A stretch of 62,992 nucleotides of DNA, filler included, from Asterionella formosa (lineage: Eukaryota), in the NCBI GenBank assembly GCA_002256025.1. It is 21 parts of 21 records of this genome, joined end to end, with 100 filler letters (N's around TTAATTAATTAA, not from the genome) between each part and the next. Parts side by side here need not be neighbours in the genome. Positions count along the whole stretch, not along the records: positions 1 to 19,221 come from NKIB01003785.1; positions 19,322 to 20,510 come from NKIB01003786.1; positions 20,611 to 21,800 come from NKIB01003787.1; positions 21,901 to 23,090 come from NKIB01003788.1; positions 23,191 to 24,380 come from NKIB01003789.1; positions 24,481 to 25,670 come from NKIB01003790.1; positions 25,771 to 26,960 come from NKIB01003791.1; 14 more parts are not named here. One strand, written 5' to 3'. The notes under the pieces were generated by a model. That model was not told the origin of the DNA and made no database searches. It worked only from the letters and a program-made list of their open reading frames with translations. This document shows, piece by piece, positions 12,939-26,106 of this stretch. Every line of letters begins with the position of its first letter. The stretch's first letter is position 1. Both the position numbers and the translations under genes were made by a program.

Positions 12939-15900
12939 TTACTCATTATGAGAATGATGCACATTTCCATCTTCCACAATTCGCCTTGCCAGGGATCCGG
13001 ATTTTGTTAGTCTCTTCCGATTGCGCATCACATTGTACGATTGAGCATAGTGGTAAAAAACATTTATCACTTGTTGCCACAACAATTCACCAGCACCAAA
13101 AGCAATACACAGTCCCCAATAGTTAGCATCAATTCCACCTTCAGCAACGTGAAAGGCAACACCTCCAAATTGGACAATAATTACTTGACAACCTGCAGTT
13201 CCAAACAAAATACCGCAAAAGATCCAATTGTCAAACATGCCAGAAAACACATTGTCTACATAGAGCAACGGAGGAAGGGGCAAGTTATTACCAAATGAAA
13301 ATGGCGAAACAAATCATTTCCATACCAAAACAAAAATTCTGAATACTTACGTTCTCCCTTCAGTTTTCGGCAATTAACTTCATTAAAAAGTTGCATCCAC
13401 ACAAATGAGTTGAAAATAATAGTATAGTGAACAGAATTGTCGCCATTGGCTTCTGCTACATTTCCTGGAGGCAGATCGAGAAGGTCAGGACCAGCGAACA
13501 GGAGTGTCATGACGATAATCAGTTGGTAGGCAGCATGTAAAAGCATGTTGGCCCACATTCGTTTGGTGATCATACTTTCAGTGCGATTCACAGGTGGCTT
13601 CTCCAAGAGGGCATCGACTGGGGGCTCGGTTGCCAAAGCCAAACCGGCTAAGGAATCCATGAGCAAATTGACCCAGAGCAATTGAATGGCTGCAAGAGGT
13701 GCGGATTGGTAAGCAAAGGCACCAGTCAAGGCTGTCACTACGGCGGCAACATTGACGGTCAATTGAAATTGCAAAAACTTTTGAATGGATGCATATACAT
13801 TCCTTCCCCACTTGGCAGCAGTTACGATTGACGCAAAGTTATCATCCAAAAGGATAATATCAGCTGCGTCCTTGGCAATTTGAGTTCCGGAGATACCCAT
13901 CGCAAACCCAATGTCGGATCTCTTGAGAGCAGGAGCATCGTTGGTACCATCACCTGTCATGGCAATGACCTGCCGATCTGGGAATATTACAATATTGTGA
14001 TCCTTCAAAAGTCGCTTGCATGCATCCCTGTCAGCATACAAGGTCGACTGGTTCAACCCGTGAGCCAATGTAAGCTTGTCGTCGGGGGAACTTCTTGCTA
14101 GAACACGCAAATGAGGCCAAATCTTGTCGAAAGCGGTTTGGTCAAATTCATCCTTGCCTGCTTCACCTTTTCGGTATACCTTGGACCTAAAATTTTTGCC
14201 TTCCATCATTACATTTTCCTTCAGATTCTCCGCTACCTTTTCTCCTGTGCCGTATTCCACAAAGTGTTCGTCTCTGAGAATTCCGGCTTGGTAGGCAATG
14301 CTCACAGCTGTGTTTGGGTTATCTCCAGTCACCATGCGGACATCAATACCAGCTCGGTAACATTTCTCAATGGCTGCAGGGACTTCATGACGAAGCGGAT
14401 CCTCAATGCCAACAAGTGCAACTGCCGTCAAATCTGTTTCAGCTTCGAGAGCTTGTGCTCCATCTGAATTCTTGACAGCTGTATGAAGCTGCTCCTAATC
14501 AAAGCCAGGCGGCAAATCGCGATAAGCTAATCCTAAACATCGCATACCACGACGTGAATACGTAATTGCGGCACTCTTATAAAGTTCTGACACAGCTGGT
14601 GTCAAGGGTTCAGTTGTCCCGTCAGGCAACATGTATTGAGTGCACCGATCGAAAATGACTTCTTGAGCACCCTTGGTGTAATGGCGATATCCACCACCGT
14701 CCCTTGGGACTGCCCAACTCATCATTTTCCGGGCGGAATTAAAGCCGAATTGTTTTCCCTCTGACAAAAAATCAGCCAAAGAGCCTTGTTCTGATCGTCC
14801 TCGTGTGGTATCCCGGATGGCCTTGTAGTCCAGTCCAAATTCATGCACCAACATCAAGAGTGCTACTTCGGTAGGATTGCCAATGGACCCTTCCAATTTG
14901 CCCTCCTTGTCCAGATACAAGGCTGTCTCATCCATAGTATTTATGGCAATGAGATTGCAAATTAAATCAATTGCTGCCTTGGATGCATTAAGTGACTTAA
15001 CAAAGTCTCCTAACAGGACGGTTGGGTCTGTCACCAAATAGTTCTTCATACCCATAAAAATAGCCCTTGCGGTCATTTTGTTGGCAGTTAATGTTCCTGT
15101 AGATGTAGAATGTGTGCATGAGTTTCGATAACAAAAACCATAAATCTGAAGCAATTGAACAACAACAATACATACCTGTCTTATCAGTACAAATGGTAGT
15201 TGCACAGCCCATGGTTTCACATGCATCCAAATGCTTGACCAAATTCTGATCCTTCATCATTTTGCTAGAGGAAAAGGCCAATGCCAGCGTAACTGCCAAG
15301 GGCAATCCTTCCGGTACGGCGACAGCCACGACAGTAATGGCAACAGTCAAGTAATTGACAATGTTTGAAATTGGATCTTTATTAATAGCCAATCCAATAA
15401 TGCACGATGCTCCAAAGGCACAAATGGCACACACACTCCCAATCAGTCCAATGATCTTTGCAATTATATCCATCTTGACAAAAAATGGACTATTGACATC
15501 ATCTCCTTGCAAATCATCGTCCTCGGATTCTCTGCTTTGATGAACGCGCGCCCGAATTTTACCACTGACTGAGTTTGGCCCAACTGCAATAACAATCATT
15601 TTGCCACTTCCTTGAATTGCCGATGTGCCACTCAAAACTACATCTCCAGGATGTTTAGCAATTAGCTTACTCTCCCCCGTCAAGGTACTTTCATCCACTT
15701 TCAAATCTGCCATGGGTCCAAGTACGACGCAATCAGCTGGAATGCTGGCCAAGTTATGAGAATTGACCGACACGATATCTCCGACGACAATGTCATCATC
15801 AATGATACTGACAGAAATTCCATTACGCAGCACGACCTTGGTGTTGGTTTCATGTAGGGACTTGGTCAAGGTCAAAAAAGCAAATTGTTTGGCATAATCA

Positions 15901-16585
15901 ATACCTGCTGTGACGAGGAAGACAATGCACACTGACATGAGAATGGCAGCGCCTTCAATCCAACAGGTTCCACATTTTCCCCCTGGATCTGGTCCGTAGG
16001 TCGTTTCTACAACGATGCTGATAAAGCCCAGTACGATCAACATGATAAGGACGAAATCTTGCACAGCTTGCAGAAGCTGTCCAACTTGCGTTCTGCCAAA
16101 GCATTCGTCCCGAAGACTTGTTGGCGATAGGACACTTCGGAGGTTTGAATGCCCGTCTCAGGTGATGACTTGAGAACAAGAGAGGCCAAGGCCGCAGCCA
16201 GAACCTCAGCCGTCTTGTCGTTGGATTCGTCCTCTCGCAGCTCGACGCACAGCTGCAAGACATTCTGAATCATGGTTTGTTCCATAGTGGGCGCTTCTTC
16301 GTCGACTGCCGGAGCGTGCATCCCAGTCAGAGCTCCTTCCATGAGGTCGCACAAGGCAGCACGAGTACGCTCATTGGCCAAGACCGACAGGGGCTGGGGA
16401 TCTTTCAGAGGAAAGGCTGGCTTCCCCGTACCAGTCCCCAAGTCGTCCAGACTGCTGCTGATACTGGCATCGACTTGCGCGGCCAAGCCCCCTTTGCGGG
16501 GAGGCATAAACGAGTTGTTCCGCTCGCAGGCAAAGTCCCCGGGAGGTTGCTCGAACGTTAGGTCGCTTGTAGAGGCGATGGTCAT
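12939..16585 (-). pseudogene. P-type IIB (PMCA-type) Ca2+-ATPase with one frameshift and one in-frame stop; introns 15097-15175 and 13256-13350
   Basis: Motifs LTGES, VPEGLPLAVT, DKTG|TLT (split by the intron), GIEDP, MVTGDN, MTGDGTNDAPALK, QFQLTVNV, LLWVNLLMDS, QLFNEVNCRK. Frame change at about 16060-16068 and TAG at 14495-14497. The lesions may be assembly errors. Confidence 0.85.
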
Positions 16586-17474
16586 TGTGTGCGTGGGAGC
16601 CTTCGGTCAATCGAAGGGATGGACGGATGGATGGAGGAGAGAATGAAGATTGTGATTGAGTGCACCTACTAGTTATGATATTGACGATGATTTTCGGCTG
16701 TTACCGTGGTTTTGAGACAAACATTATCCACTCCAATTCACTCACAGATTAAAGGTTGCGGAGTCGGTATTTTACCAAAAATATTTGCATGAAGTACCTA
16801 AATCCACACACTCACATGAAGCTCTTGTGATGTCCAAATAGGATTCGGATGCCGCGACTAACAACATGTTCTGACCACCAGACTGAAAATTTGTATACTA
16901 ATCCTCTATTATCTCGCCTCCCGACTTTGCTGCTCCGAGAAATTACCTGTAGGGGTATCGTTTTTGGTGCAGCGGACTACCGGTACCTGGTAATAAGCTC
17001 TCGCTAATATCAACAACTTGCAGGTAACCACTTCTGTCACGAATATAAGCCGGAGTCAAAAGGATTGTGGACTCGATTGTAATCGAACGAGTCGAATATT
17101 ACATTGCCATGTCAATCAGCTTTCTATTGAGATCAAAGATTGATGATTTCTATGGAAATTTTAAGTGGAAACTCGAAGAGAGTCTTAGAACCATTTTGCG
17201 GGAAGCAAAGGAAACATTTAGTGTAGCTTATAATTTAATTTGAGTTTAGATTAGTAGTATCAACCGAGGAAACAGTGTGTTAGCTAATTGACAAGAAGGT
17301 CAATTATTCTATCCAGCAGGAAGGCTAGAAGCAGAGACAATAGAGAAAGGAAGTGGTACTAGGTAGTGCTACAATCACGTAAGAGTCTATGTGAAGAGAG
17401 TCCCAGCCCGTGGGAAGGAGTACAGACCATTTCAACTTGCTTTAAAGCGGATAGGATTTGAAAGGGTACTCAAG

Positions 17475-19050
17475 ATGGGAATTGATGACGAATCGTCAGG
17501 AGTGCGGTTGCCAACATTTGATGGTACTGATGCCAAGTGGCATGTTTGGAAAGCAAAGTTTATGGCCTACGCCTGCTACAAAGAAGGCTTTGAAGGAATC
17601 CTAAGTGGCGATGAATTATCACCAGGTGAGAGAGATTCAGCTGGAGTGAAGATTGTCCCGAGCAACAACGATGAGAAGCGTGCAAAACGAAATAATACGG
17701 TTGCCTATGCAAGCTTAATTATGGCATGTTAGAGTGGACCATTTGGATACATAAATGGTGCAAGAAGTGCAGAGTACACAATGGAAATGTGAAGGAAGCG
17801 TCGGACCACAAGTTAGTGTCTACATAGCCTACGAGTCAAGTAATATGGCAAATGTGATTGCCTTGTCAGGTCAGTGGACAAAACGCACGATTAACGAGAA
17901 TGAGAACCCCGACATTTGGTTTGTGGAGTTGGATAGTTATTCGAGAATGATTGAGCTGTACGAGCTCCGCAATTTCGGATGGTGCCTATGTGGCCCATGT
18001 TATCAACAGAAGGCAGTCTACAAGAGTTTGGTGGTTGGAAAATTTGGCCTTGCGAGCTCCAAGCTCACGATCCACAAGTTCAAGAAGAATGCATGCAACT
18101 ATTACTATCTGTATGTGTGCGACGAAACCAAGACGAATAAGAATGGCGAGCAGGCCTTCTTTTCAAAGAGCAAGTTTAAGGGAGACTGCAGGAAGTGTGG
18201 CAAGTATGGTCACAAGGCAGTTGATTGCCGAAGCAAGAGCAATACTACAGAAAAGAGAGAATTAACTCCCAAGCAAAAATGAAATAAGAGAAAGAATGTG
18301 AAGTGTTATAATTGTCAGAAGATGGTCAACAAAATGCAACAATCAAGCAGAAGGGAGAAGGCACCAATACCACTATGCAAGGAATGTTTGTGGTGACCTG
18401 TATTGAGGCAACGTACAACGAGGAGGTAAATCATACGTGCATGCAGAAGGACCATTGGCTACTAGATAGAGGTGCTATGATACACATATGCAATGATGAG
18501 CAATTTACGGAGGACAAGCGCGCAGTGCATGAAACAGTAGCTACTTGTGGGAAACGGTGCAGCAATTGTTGCGACTGTGTCAGGCACAGTGACCCTTATG
18601 ACGACAGACAAAGGAAAAGTGCCAAAACTCAAAAATATTCTCTATCACCGGAGTTCAAGCAGAACATCATCTAGCATTTCGAGAATTATTGACAAGGGAA
18701 ACAAAGTTATGAAACAAAGTTATGTTTGATGATGATAAGTTGACGATCAGAAACAACAACGGATATTTGATCTGCAAACGTGATGAAACAAGGAAGATTG
18801 GCGAAGTGTGCCATGTGCAATGAATGCCTATTCTAAAGGAAACGGTGTTGCAGGTTGAACAAGAAAACGAGGAGCCAACACAACAATCTATCGACTATGA
18901 TAAAGAAGACGAGAGTGAATGGACGAAAGTCGACTAAAAGAAGAAAACGACGAAAGCGATAAGTGAAATGATTGAGAAAAGAAACGCGAACAAAAATGAT
19001 GATGTGATTGCGGAAGTAAATGAAGTGCATGAAATGCTCGGACATGTGCG
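17475..19050 (+). mobile_element. Decayed Ty1/copia LTR retrotransposon: gag, zinc knuckle, protease, start of integrase
   Basis: LPTFDG..WHVWKAKF gag start, CRKCGKYGHKAVDC knuckle, WLLDRGA protease-like motif, HEMLGH near 19030. Many stops and frameshifts. The upstream 17070-17440 region may be an LTR (unconfirmed). Confidence 0.85.
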
Positions 19051-19055
19051 AGAAG

Positions 19056-19221
19056 GTGGGGAATTTTAGGTTAAATTAATTGCCCCTGAGGGTCATTTTA
19101 GGTTATTCCGCACCTAAAATTCAGGAAATGATGGAGAATATTTTCTCGTCCTACAGACAAATGTTGGTACAAGGCTACAGACGAAGTTAAACTTCCTTTT
19201 CAGTTCTTGGAATTTTAGGTG
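19056..19221. repeat. Repeat with inverted CACCTAAAATTC motifs where the copia sequence ends
   Basis: aattttaggt and cacctaaaattc copies at about 19061, 19097, 19111 and 19210. The same motif pair recurs at 21425-21460 on another contig. Confidence 0.45.
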
Positions 19222-19321
19222 NNNNNNNNNNNNNNNNNNNNNNNNNNNNNNNNNNNNNNNNNNNNTTAATTAATTAANNNNNNNNNNNNNNNNNNNNNNN
19301 NNNNNNNNNNNNNNNNNNNNN
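19222..19321. other. Artificial 100-nt contig linker (N44-TTAATTAATTAA-N44); first of 20
   Basis: Equivalent linkers start at 19222, 20511, 21801, 23091, 24381, 25671, 26961, 28251, 29540, 30829, 32118, 51407, 52695, 53983, 55271, 56559, 57846, 59133, 60420 and 61707. The 12-mer places stops in all six frames. Confidence 0.97.
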
Positions 19322-19872
19322 GTGAAAGTCAAAGCGCTGCCCCCCCCCCCTTATTATACCGGAAAAATTTGGTGCATCACCCATTATCGTGCGTTGCAAC
19401 GGCCCGCGACAGGGTGGCTGTGGTTATGGAGCAGGGGGTAGAACGCCACAACATGACGAAGTCCCAAGGATCATGAATGGGAAGAAAACTTTGCTGCATT
19501 CTGGTGGTACCATTGGACTTGGGAAACAGCGAGGAAGGTTGTATCCCGCCGTATCAAACGGTTTCGAATAAGAGGAGTTGGAACGAAGAGATGTGACAAG
19601 AACTGACATGACACTTCTATCCAATTTGGTCGATGGATGTCTCCCGCCAATTTGTGACTTTCTGCGCAACAAAACTTACCACAACGACGAACCAAACGGT
19701 TTCGAATATGAGGAGTGGTTGGAACAAAGAGACTTGTCAAAAACATGACACTTCTTTCCGACTTGGTCAATGGAGCAAAAGAAACGACACCAGCGGTTTT
19801 TGCAAATGGCTGTACTTGATTAAAAACAAATAACCATTTTGTTAGTAACTATTTATGAGTAAATAAAAATTC

Positions 19873-20510
19873 TTACTTCCATCTTTCCCCATAGGAATCA
19901 AGCAAAAACGAAACTAGTGATGGAGGGATACGCTCTGTACCATTTGCTTTTGTGTTAATGGCATTTCCGAATCTTTTGCAAATAGCAACTGAGTTTTGCT
20001 CTGGAGTGGAACCAGGCGACAAATACATGTGAAGTCTCAATGCACCATTGCTTAGGTGATTATCCATAGCACCTGCATGAACTGTATCACCTCGCATTAA
20101 GAAGATGTACTTGAAGGGAATGCGAAGAAGCATCGCATGTTGGTTTACATGTTCCATGGCATGTTGCTTGAATTCCGCTTTACCTGTACCTTTTCGATCT
20201 AAAATGAGGTTAGACTCAAATGACTCGCCATCCCAGACATTTATAGAGAAACCACCAGCACCTAGGGACATATCCAATCCCCAAGGAAGGCACTTTTCGA
20301 AGTCATTGACTACCAGTTCTGCCTGCTGATAGTCAAAATGTGGCTCCTGAGAAACATTTGAGTGATTTACAGCAGTGTGCAACAATGTACAGGTGTGAGG
20401 CATACTCTTCCTGACATATGTTGCGTCACTTACAAGTGATTGCAGCACAGAACCGGGAATGACCATAGACAAAGTTTTCCAAAACATGTCGATATTGTTG
20501 GAAAGTAATG
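19873..20510 (-). CDS. Fe(II)/2-oxoglutarate dioxygenase-like (HxD..H) protein, 5'-truncated by contig end
   Basis: QEPHFDY ... RGDTVHAGA ... RLHMY pattern typical of the double-stranded beta-helix oxygenase fold. Confidence 0.55.
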
Positions 20511-20748
20511 NNNNNNNNNNNNNNNNNNNNNNNNNNNNNNNNNNNNNNNNNNNNTTAATTAATTAANNNNNNNNNNNNNNNNNNNNNNNNNNNNNNNNNN
20601 NNNNNNNNNNGATACGATGCATTTTTAAATACTCATATATGAATATATACATCTACTTATAATACCAGATGCGAATACCGATACCGGTATGTATGATGGT
20701 TGACACGCACATGAACCGACTTGACACCATTTTATTTTTCATGTGTAG

Positions 20749-21205
20749 TTAGTACAAGTACCACCAGGGAAAGTTTAGACGGGTTGTTCCTCCCAACTGG
20801 AAATTCCCAAAATGCGGCCTCCTTGTTGCATACAAACTATGGCACACAAAGGATACAGTGTCGGGGCAGTGTGCCATGAAGTTTTTGAAGCCCATGGATG
20901 TTGATTTTTTGACAGATGGGAGGCGAAGGCTAGAGGAATTCACGCTTCTCATGAGGAGGTTGGATTTGGCTGCACATGAAAAAGGGTTGCTACATCAGGA
21001 AATGTCAGATTTGCATTGTAGGAAAGCATTTGATATTGTGGCTAGTTCATTGGGAGTTCCTACATTTACTCCAAAGGGCCGATGCCGGCATCTAGAGCGC
21101 ACAAAGTGGCCTACCTATCTCAGAATCATGCCTAACAAGGTTCGTGTTGGTGTAAAGCCGCATTTCTTCAGTACCAATCAGATTTCTGACAAGCAATGCC
21201 TTTGA
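20749..21205 (+). CDS. Probable 3' exon of a repeat-associated protein (possibly Crypton-like C-terminal region)
   Basis: Follows an AG acceptor at about 20748. The frame reads WKFPKCGLLVAYKLWH into ORF 20858..21205. Family assignment is tentative. Confidence 0.3.
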
Positions 21206-23190
21206 ACATGGAGTTGGTCAAGAGGTTTAGGTGAATTAATTATCTTAAAAATTCATATAAATGCTATTCAATTATTGAAGTAGACATACCAGTACTATAT
21301 TAGCTATATATTGAAATTTCACGAGGGGAAGCATAATATCAGTGCTTTCTGTATTAGGGTTGTATGGATGGGTGTGGTCTGCCCGAGGTAGAAGTCATTC
21401 TCGTGAGTACATTTTGTACTGACCAATTTTTAGGTGTCGGTTTGACCTAAAATTCAGGGTGTGAATAAGAAGGTCCACTATGATGGCGCTGGCTGGTGGC
21501 AGACAAGGAAAAAAGTAGCCAGCACAAGCAGCGCGAAAACTGCCAGGTATTTATTTCCTCTGTCCAGAATTTCTTGCTGGCACGATTTTCTCCAACTAAA
21601 TGCCTATTGTGAGGCAAGCCCCAAGTTACAGATCCATGCATGATATGTTATAAATATACATGTGGAAAGATCAAAATTGGTAAGTAGCTCTACATTTGAA
21701 GAAACATGTAAGTAGCTCTGCAAAGATTTGAGCATTTTCAGGATTTTTGTATCTTGCCAGAAAGGTAGATACACAAATATGTACTACTACTGTTGATATC
21801 NNNNNNNNNNNNNNNNNNNNNNNNNNNNNNNNNNNNNNNNNNNNTTAATTAATTAANNNNNNNNNNNNNNNNNNNNNNNNNNNNNNNNNNNNNNNNNNNN
21901 TTCACACTATCATTCCTTGGGAAAATTGCAGAACAATTCCTCCCTGCAGTGTCTTCAACTCGGACAGAGTCTGGTGTCACAATATCTCTTCTACTCGATT
22001 GTTGCCCAGAATCAAACACAATTTTTTCGGATAACTTTTGGATCCGTATTACTAGGACGTGGAAACTTTGCCACAGAAGAATGTCTAATAAAAGATTCAT
22101 TCGAAATGGGAGTTCTGTTTGAAGACTATTGGGAAACATTAGAACTTCCATTCTTATCTTCTTCAATATTAACTTTCTTGTTTTTAACAGAAATAATTGA
22201 TATGTTACATTCAATTTCTTTTGCATCAGCTTCAAAATCAAAATCTTTCAAAATATTTATGAACTGAATCATCGCTGTCGTCATGAAATGGATGATTATG
22301 GCCCATTGATTCAAAGATAGGACACATGATTTATTTTTGTCTACTCTCATCCCTAAATGCTGTGTGCAGTTACACTCACCTACAAATAGAAAACATCTAA
22401 TTCGTGTGATGCATCTTATAATGGCGATCATATGATCTTATCAATTCGATTTATCATCTAACATGAATAATATTTATCCTCTGAGAGAATATTACAACTA
22501 TATGTATGTATTTATTTTTACCATCACTGGCTGCAAACCATCAGCAACTGAATTTGAATCATTGGTGTTGCAATAGGACAGTCGTACATGGGTATATGTA
22601 CATATACGTACCTTATTATTGTAGAGAATAGATTTCCATATATTTACATATACATGTACGAGACTCCTTCTGTGTGAGCACTGGCTCTGGTAATGGTATA
22701 TATTGTGTGAGTTTGTTTCATCTATTGTTGTTGTACAGCAGGTACCGAAATGTTGTACAGATATTTTTGCAAGTAAACATACATAGACATTTGATTTGAA
22801 TTTAAATCATGTCCATCGTTGGGATACCTACTGGTACCAGGTACCAGTGCCGTATATAAAGAAAGCGTGCGTACCATATACAATTGATTTGAATTTAAAT
22901 CATGTCAATCACAGGGATAGGGTTAAGCTGAGGGAGTGGCTGAGAGTACCGGTACCAGGTACCTGGTAGTACGCAACTATCAGACGTTCTTCTCGTACAA
23001 ACAAGCAAGGTGATGTTGGTACCGGTACCTGTAGGTGATGTTGAGCATGCAATAACACGTCTCCTACAAACAAGGTGAGATTGGTACCTANNNNNNNNNN
23101 NNNNNNNNNNNNNNNNNNNNNNNNNNNNNNNNNNTTAATTAATTAANNNNNNNNNNNNNNNNNNNNNNNNNNNNNNNNNNNNNNNNNNNN

Positions 23191-23839
23191 TGGAAACAAC
23201 GTTCATCATGTTACCCCCCACCTCCTCCTCTGGATTTTTCTTTTGTTCAAGTAAATAAGAAATATTCGGTATTAACTTGCAAAGCAAATAAGCTTCATCT
23301 CCAAGAGCTTCCTTAATTTTGTTTCTTCGCGACTGGGGACCTTCGGTTAGACTTATGATTTCAGCCAAGTCATTGAACGCGTTAACAATCGCACTAAAGG
23401 GTTCGTCCAGCCTAAGCTGATCATACTTTCCAGCGACGAAGTAACCAGAAGATTCGATCGAAGTCACAGGGCCTCGAAGGGATTCGGCGACTTTGCTCTT
23501 TCCAGCGCCTGCTTCGCCTGAAACAAGGACCACTTCAGAAGATCCAATCCTGACACGTGTGAAAGCATCCAATAGGATACTCACTTCTCTGCTTCGGCCG
23601 TAGAGAAGACCGGTACGGTTGAAGCGCAGCAAGCCTCCATAGTTATATATGTCAGAAGAACCGCCGGAAAACCCCGATAATGAACTAATGTCACTCGTTT
23701 CATCGTTTTTGTCATCATCATCCGCGTTGTCTCTTCCTCCATTTCTTGATTGCGCGAAACTAATGGTTCCATGTTTCGTTCGACTTGGATAATCTGATGC
23801 TGAGTGGAGCAACTGTTCGTTCAACAATTTGGTGTTCAT
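23191..23839 (-). CDS. AAA_16/STAND-like P-loop NTPase (bacterial sensor-kinase-type ATPase domain), 3'-truncated
   Basis: LYGRSREVSILL ... VLVSGEAGAGKS (Walker A) ... FVAGKYDQL ... EPFSAIV. Confidence 0.8.
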
Positions 23840-24480
23840 GGGGCCACTGAGAGTAGATGCTGAATTGGCAATGGTATCGATGATATAATTGATAAGATGC
23901 TATCTGAAGACGAATTGGCCTGTTAGTGCCCTGCTGTAATGGTAGGTCCAACAAGTTGTGACATGAGGCCGTTCCGAATAAATACGCTAGTGTTGTCGGC
24001 AGAACAACTTACATGGTGCACAAGGAAAGAAAGATAAAGGTTGAAAAGATAGACTTAAAGATATATAAACCTACGCCGTTCTAGCGCATTCGCTGCTCCA
24101 AGCTTGCACGCTGTACTATCGCTATAACACTCTAACGACTAGTTAGTCCCCTGTACCGTATGACACGGTACGTTCATCCACGCGCCCACACTGCACTGCA
24201 ATATTCGTTCAGTCCCCTCGAATACATGGGAGGTGAAACCAAACAAATATATCACTAAACATCGACCTGGATTCGGTGCCACACGTCATTGCGTGCCCAG
24301 GAGGTAACCGGTGTCATAGGTTGTGACATCACGATGAACCTTGGCTTCAATCTTCGACCCACTGTGATCCAACAGCCATCNNNNNNNNNNNNNNNNNNNN
24401 NNNNNNNNNNNNNNNNNNNNNNNNTTAATTAATTAANNNNNNNNNNNNNNNNNNNNNNNNNNNNNNNNNNNNNNNNNNNN

Positions 24481-25316
24481 AGTGGAACAAGGAAGTCATT
24501 TGGCTGAGAACATAAATATTCATGGGCATCTATCCACCAGGTACCAGTGTGAAATTCGGATCTGACACTGGTGGGTTGTGGTGCTTTACACGGATTGACG
24601 AAATCAAATGACACATTTTGTGCTGACATTAGTGTGTCATTTGTCAAGAGATTCTTAACCTGAGCCATGAAATCAAAACATACAACATCAATCAGTTTTC
24701 CATCATGCAATATGGCCTGTTTCACCTGGGGAGTTAAATCATTCATGTTAAATCGGTTTTGAAATTCTTTCAGAACAGTGGTCCTCCTGGGAGGACAAGA
24801 TTCAAAAATGAATCCAGCTTCCTGAGCTGTGCTGCAGAAACTCATGATTTGATCATACATATAAAGAGGAGAACGGGTGCCGAGCAAAAGACTAAGCAGT
24901 CGAGACTTCATTACATCGCCAACTGAGAATGGTATACCAGGATCGGCGGAGGAAAACCTAATCCCTGTGGTGCTCAGGACTGGAATAGTATTGGTTTCAT
25001 CCTGTACCACTATTTCGCTTGTATTTTCTTCATCTTCTTTTTGATCAATGTCATATATATTGGTATGATCGCCAAAATGTAGTGTTTGAACATGACAAAT
25101 TTTGGCCCTTTTCTTTAATGACGACGAAAAGTCATCAGCAGCTGATGGTGGAGATTGATGAAATCCATCATATTCTTCCTGACCGTCGTCTGGACCAGTT
25201 GCTGGTTTACGAAACAACTCAGCAGCTGTTTCGCATTCGGGGCTATGTGCGTAATGACGGTGAAGGGAAACAAATGGACCCTTACCACATATCAAACAGC
25301 AATCGTCGTCGTTCAT
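24481..25316 (-). mobile_element. Plavaka/CACTA-like transposase N-terminal part, truncated
   Basis: N-terminal C2-H-C finger (CLICGKG..LHRHYAHSPEC), then FDFMAQVKNLL and SEFHTGTWW..AH...FLVP, resembling the N-terminal region of Plavaka-type transposases. Confidence 0.65.
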
Positions 25317-25770
25317 GGTGATAAAACACGATTAAATAGCGATTATGTACCGATATTTGTTTAATAGAAAGAGACAACGGCCAATATAGATATTTGATTT
25401 ATCATTTGTAAAACCACAAAATAAATTATCTCATTCAATTCGATTTAACACAGCTATACATCCAATGCTACTTTCACTAAGGCCAGCCACTTGCTAGAGA
25501 TATGACTGTTTACTGTTTGAAGTATCTCGGAAATACCTCTCATTTTCGACTGACTACAACGATATTCGATGAACACTAAAATAGTACCGGTATGCGACTC
25601 CTTTTTCTATGGAACTACGGGTGCCAGTATATATAAAACATATCTACCAACGTTTCTTTTGATTTGATTTNNNNNNNNNNNNNNNNNNNNNNNNNNNNNN
25701 NNNNNNNNNNNNNNTTAATTAATTAANNNNNNNNNNNNNNNNNNNNNNNNNNNNNNNNNNNNNNNNNNNN

Positions 25771-25891
25771 CGTATCTTTCTGGACGCGCTTCAGTCCTAC
25801 TATGCCACTGGAAGGCAAGCTCAAGGATGACGAGTTTGACCTATTGAAGGAAGATTTGCAATGGAACGGATCTGACATGGTTGTCATGAAT
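25771..25891 (+). pseudogene. PGRL1: Fragment of PGR5-like 1 (PGRL1) coding sequence with a frameshift
   Basis: Translates RIFLDALQSYYATGRQ / LKDDEFDLLKEDLQWNGSDMVVMN, matching the PGRL1 repeat FLEA..SYY..G...MS.EEFD.LKEEL.WEGS.VV. Confidence 0.7.
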
Positions 25892-26106
25892 GTTTCTTCC
25901 TGTTTGTGATCAATATCCCATCGATCCATTCGTTCTCGCAAATGTTTTACTCGATGCCACCAGTCGAAACGATTGAGGTAATGAGTAGATATTGGCAGGA
26001 CGCGCAGACGTTGGATATATATAGAAATAACAGCCTCTACAAATGCATTGTTTCATAGATACGAAATTAGTTATCATTTACTAACAGCTAGGTAAATGTG
26101 TTACGG

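Noticed and set aside
14495..14497. TAG readthrough or an alternative genetic code
   Set aside because: TAG terminates other genes normally (e.g. at 1769 and 39106), and the same gene also has a frameshift.
17067..17440. 5' LTR and primer-binding site of the copia element
   Set aside because: Plausible TG..CA boundaries, but no second LTR in the window and no tRNA-complementary PBS I could verify.
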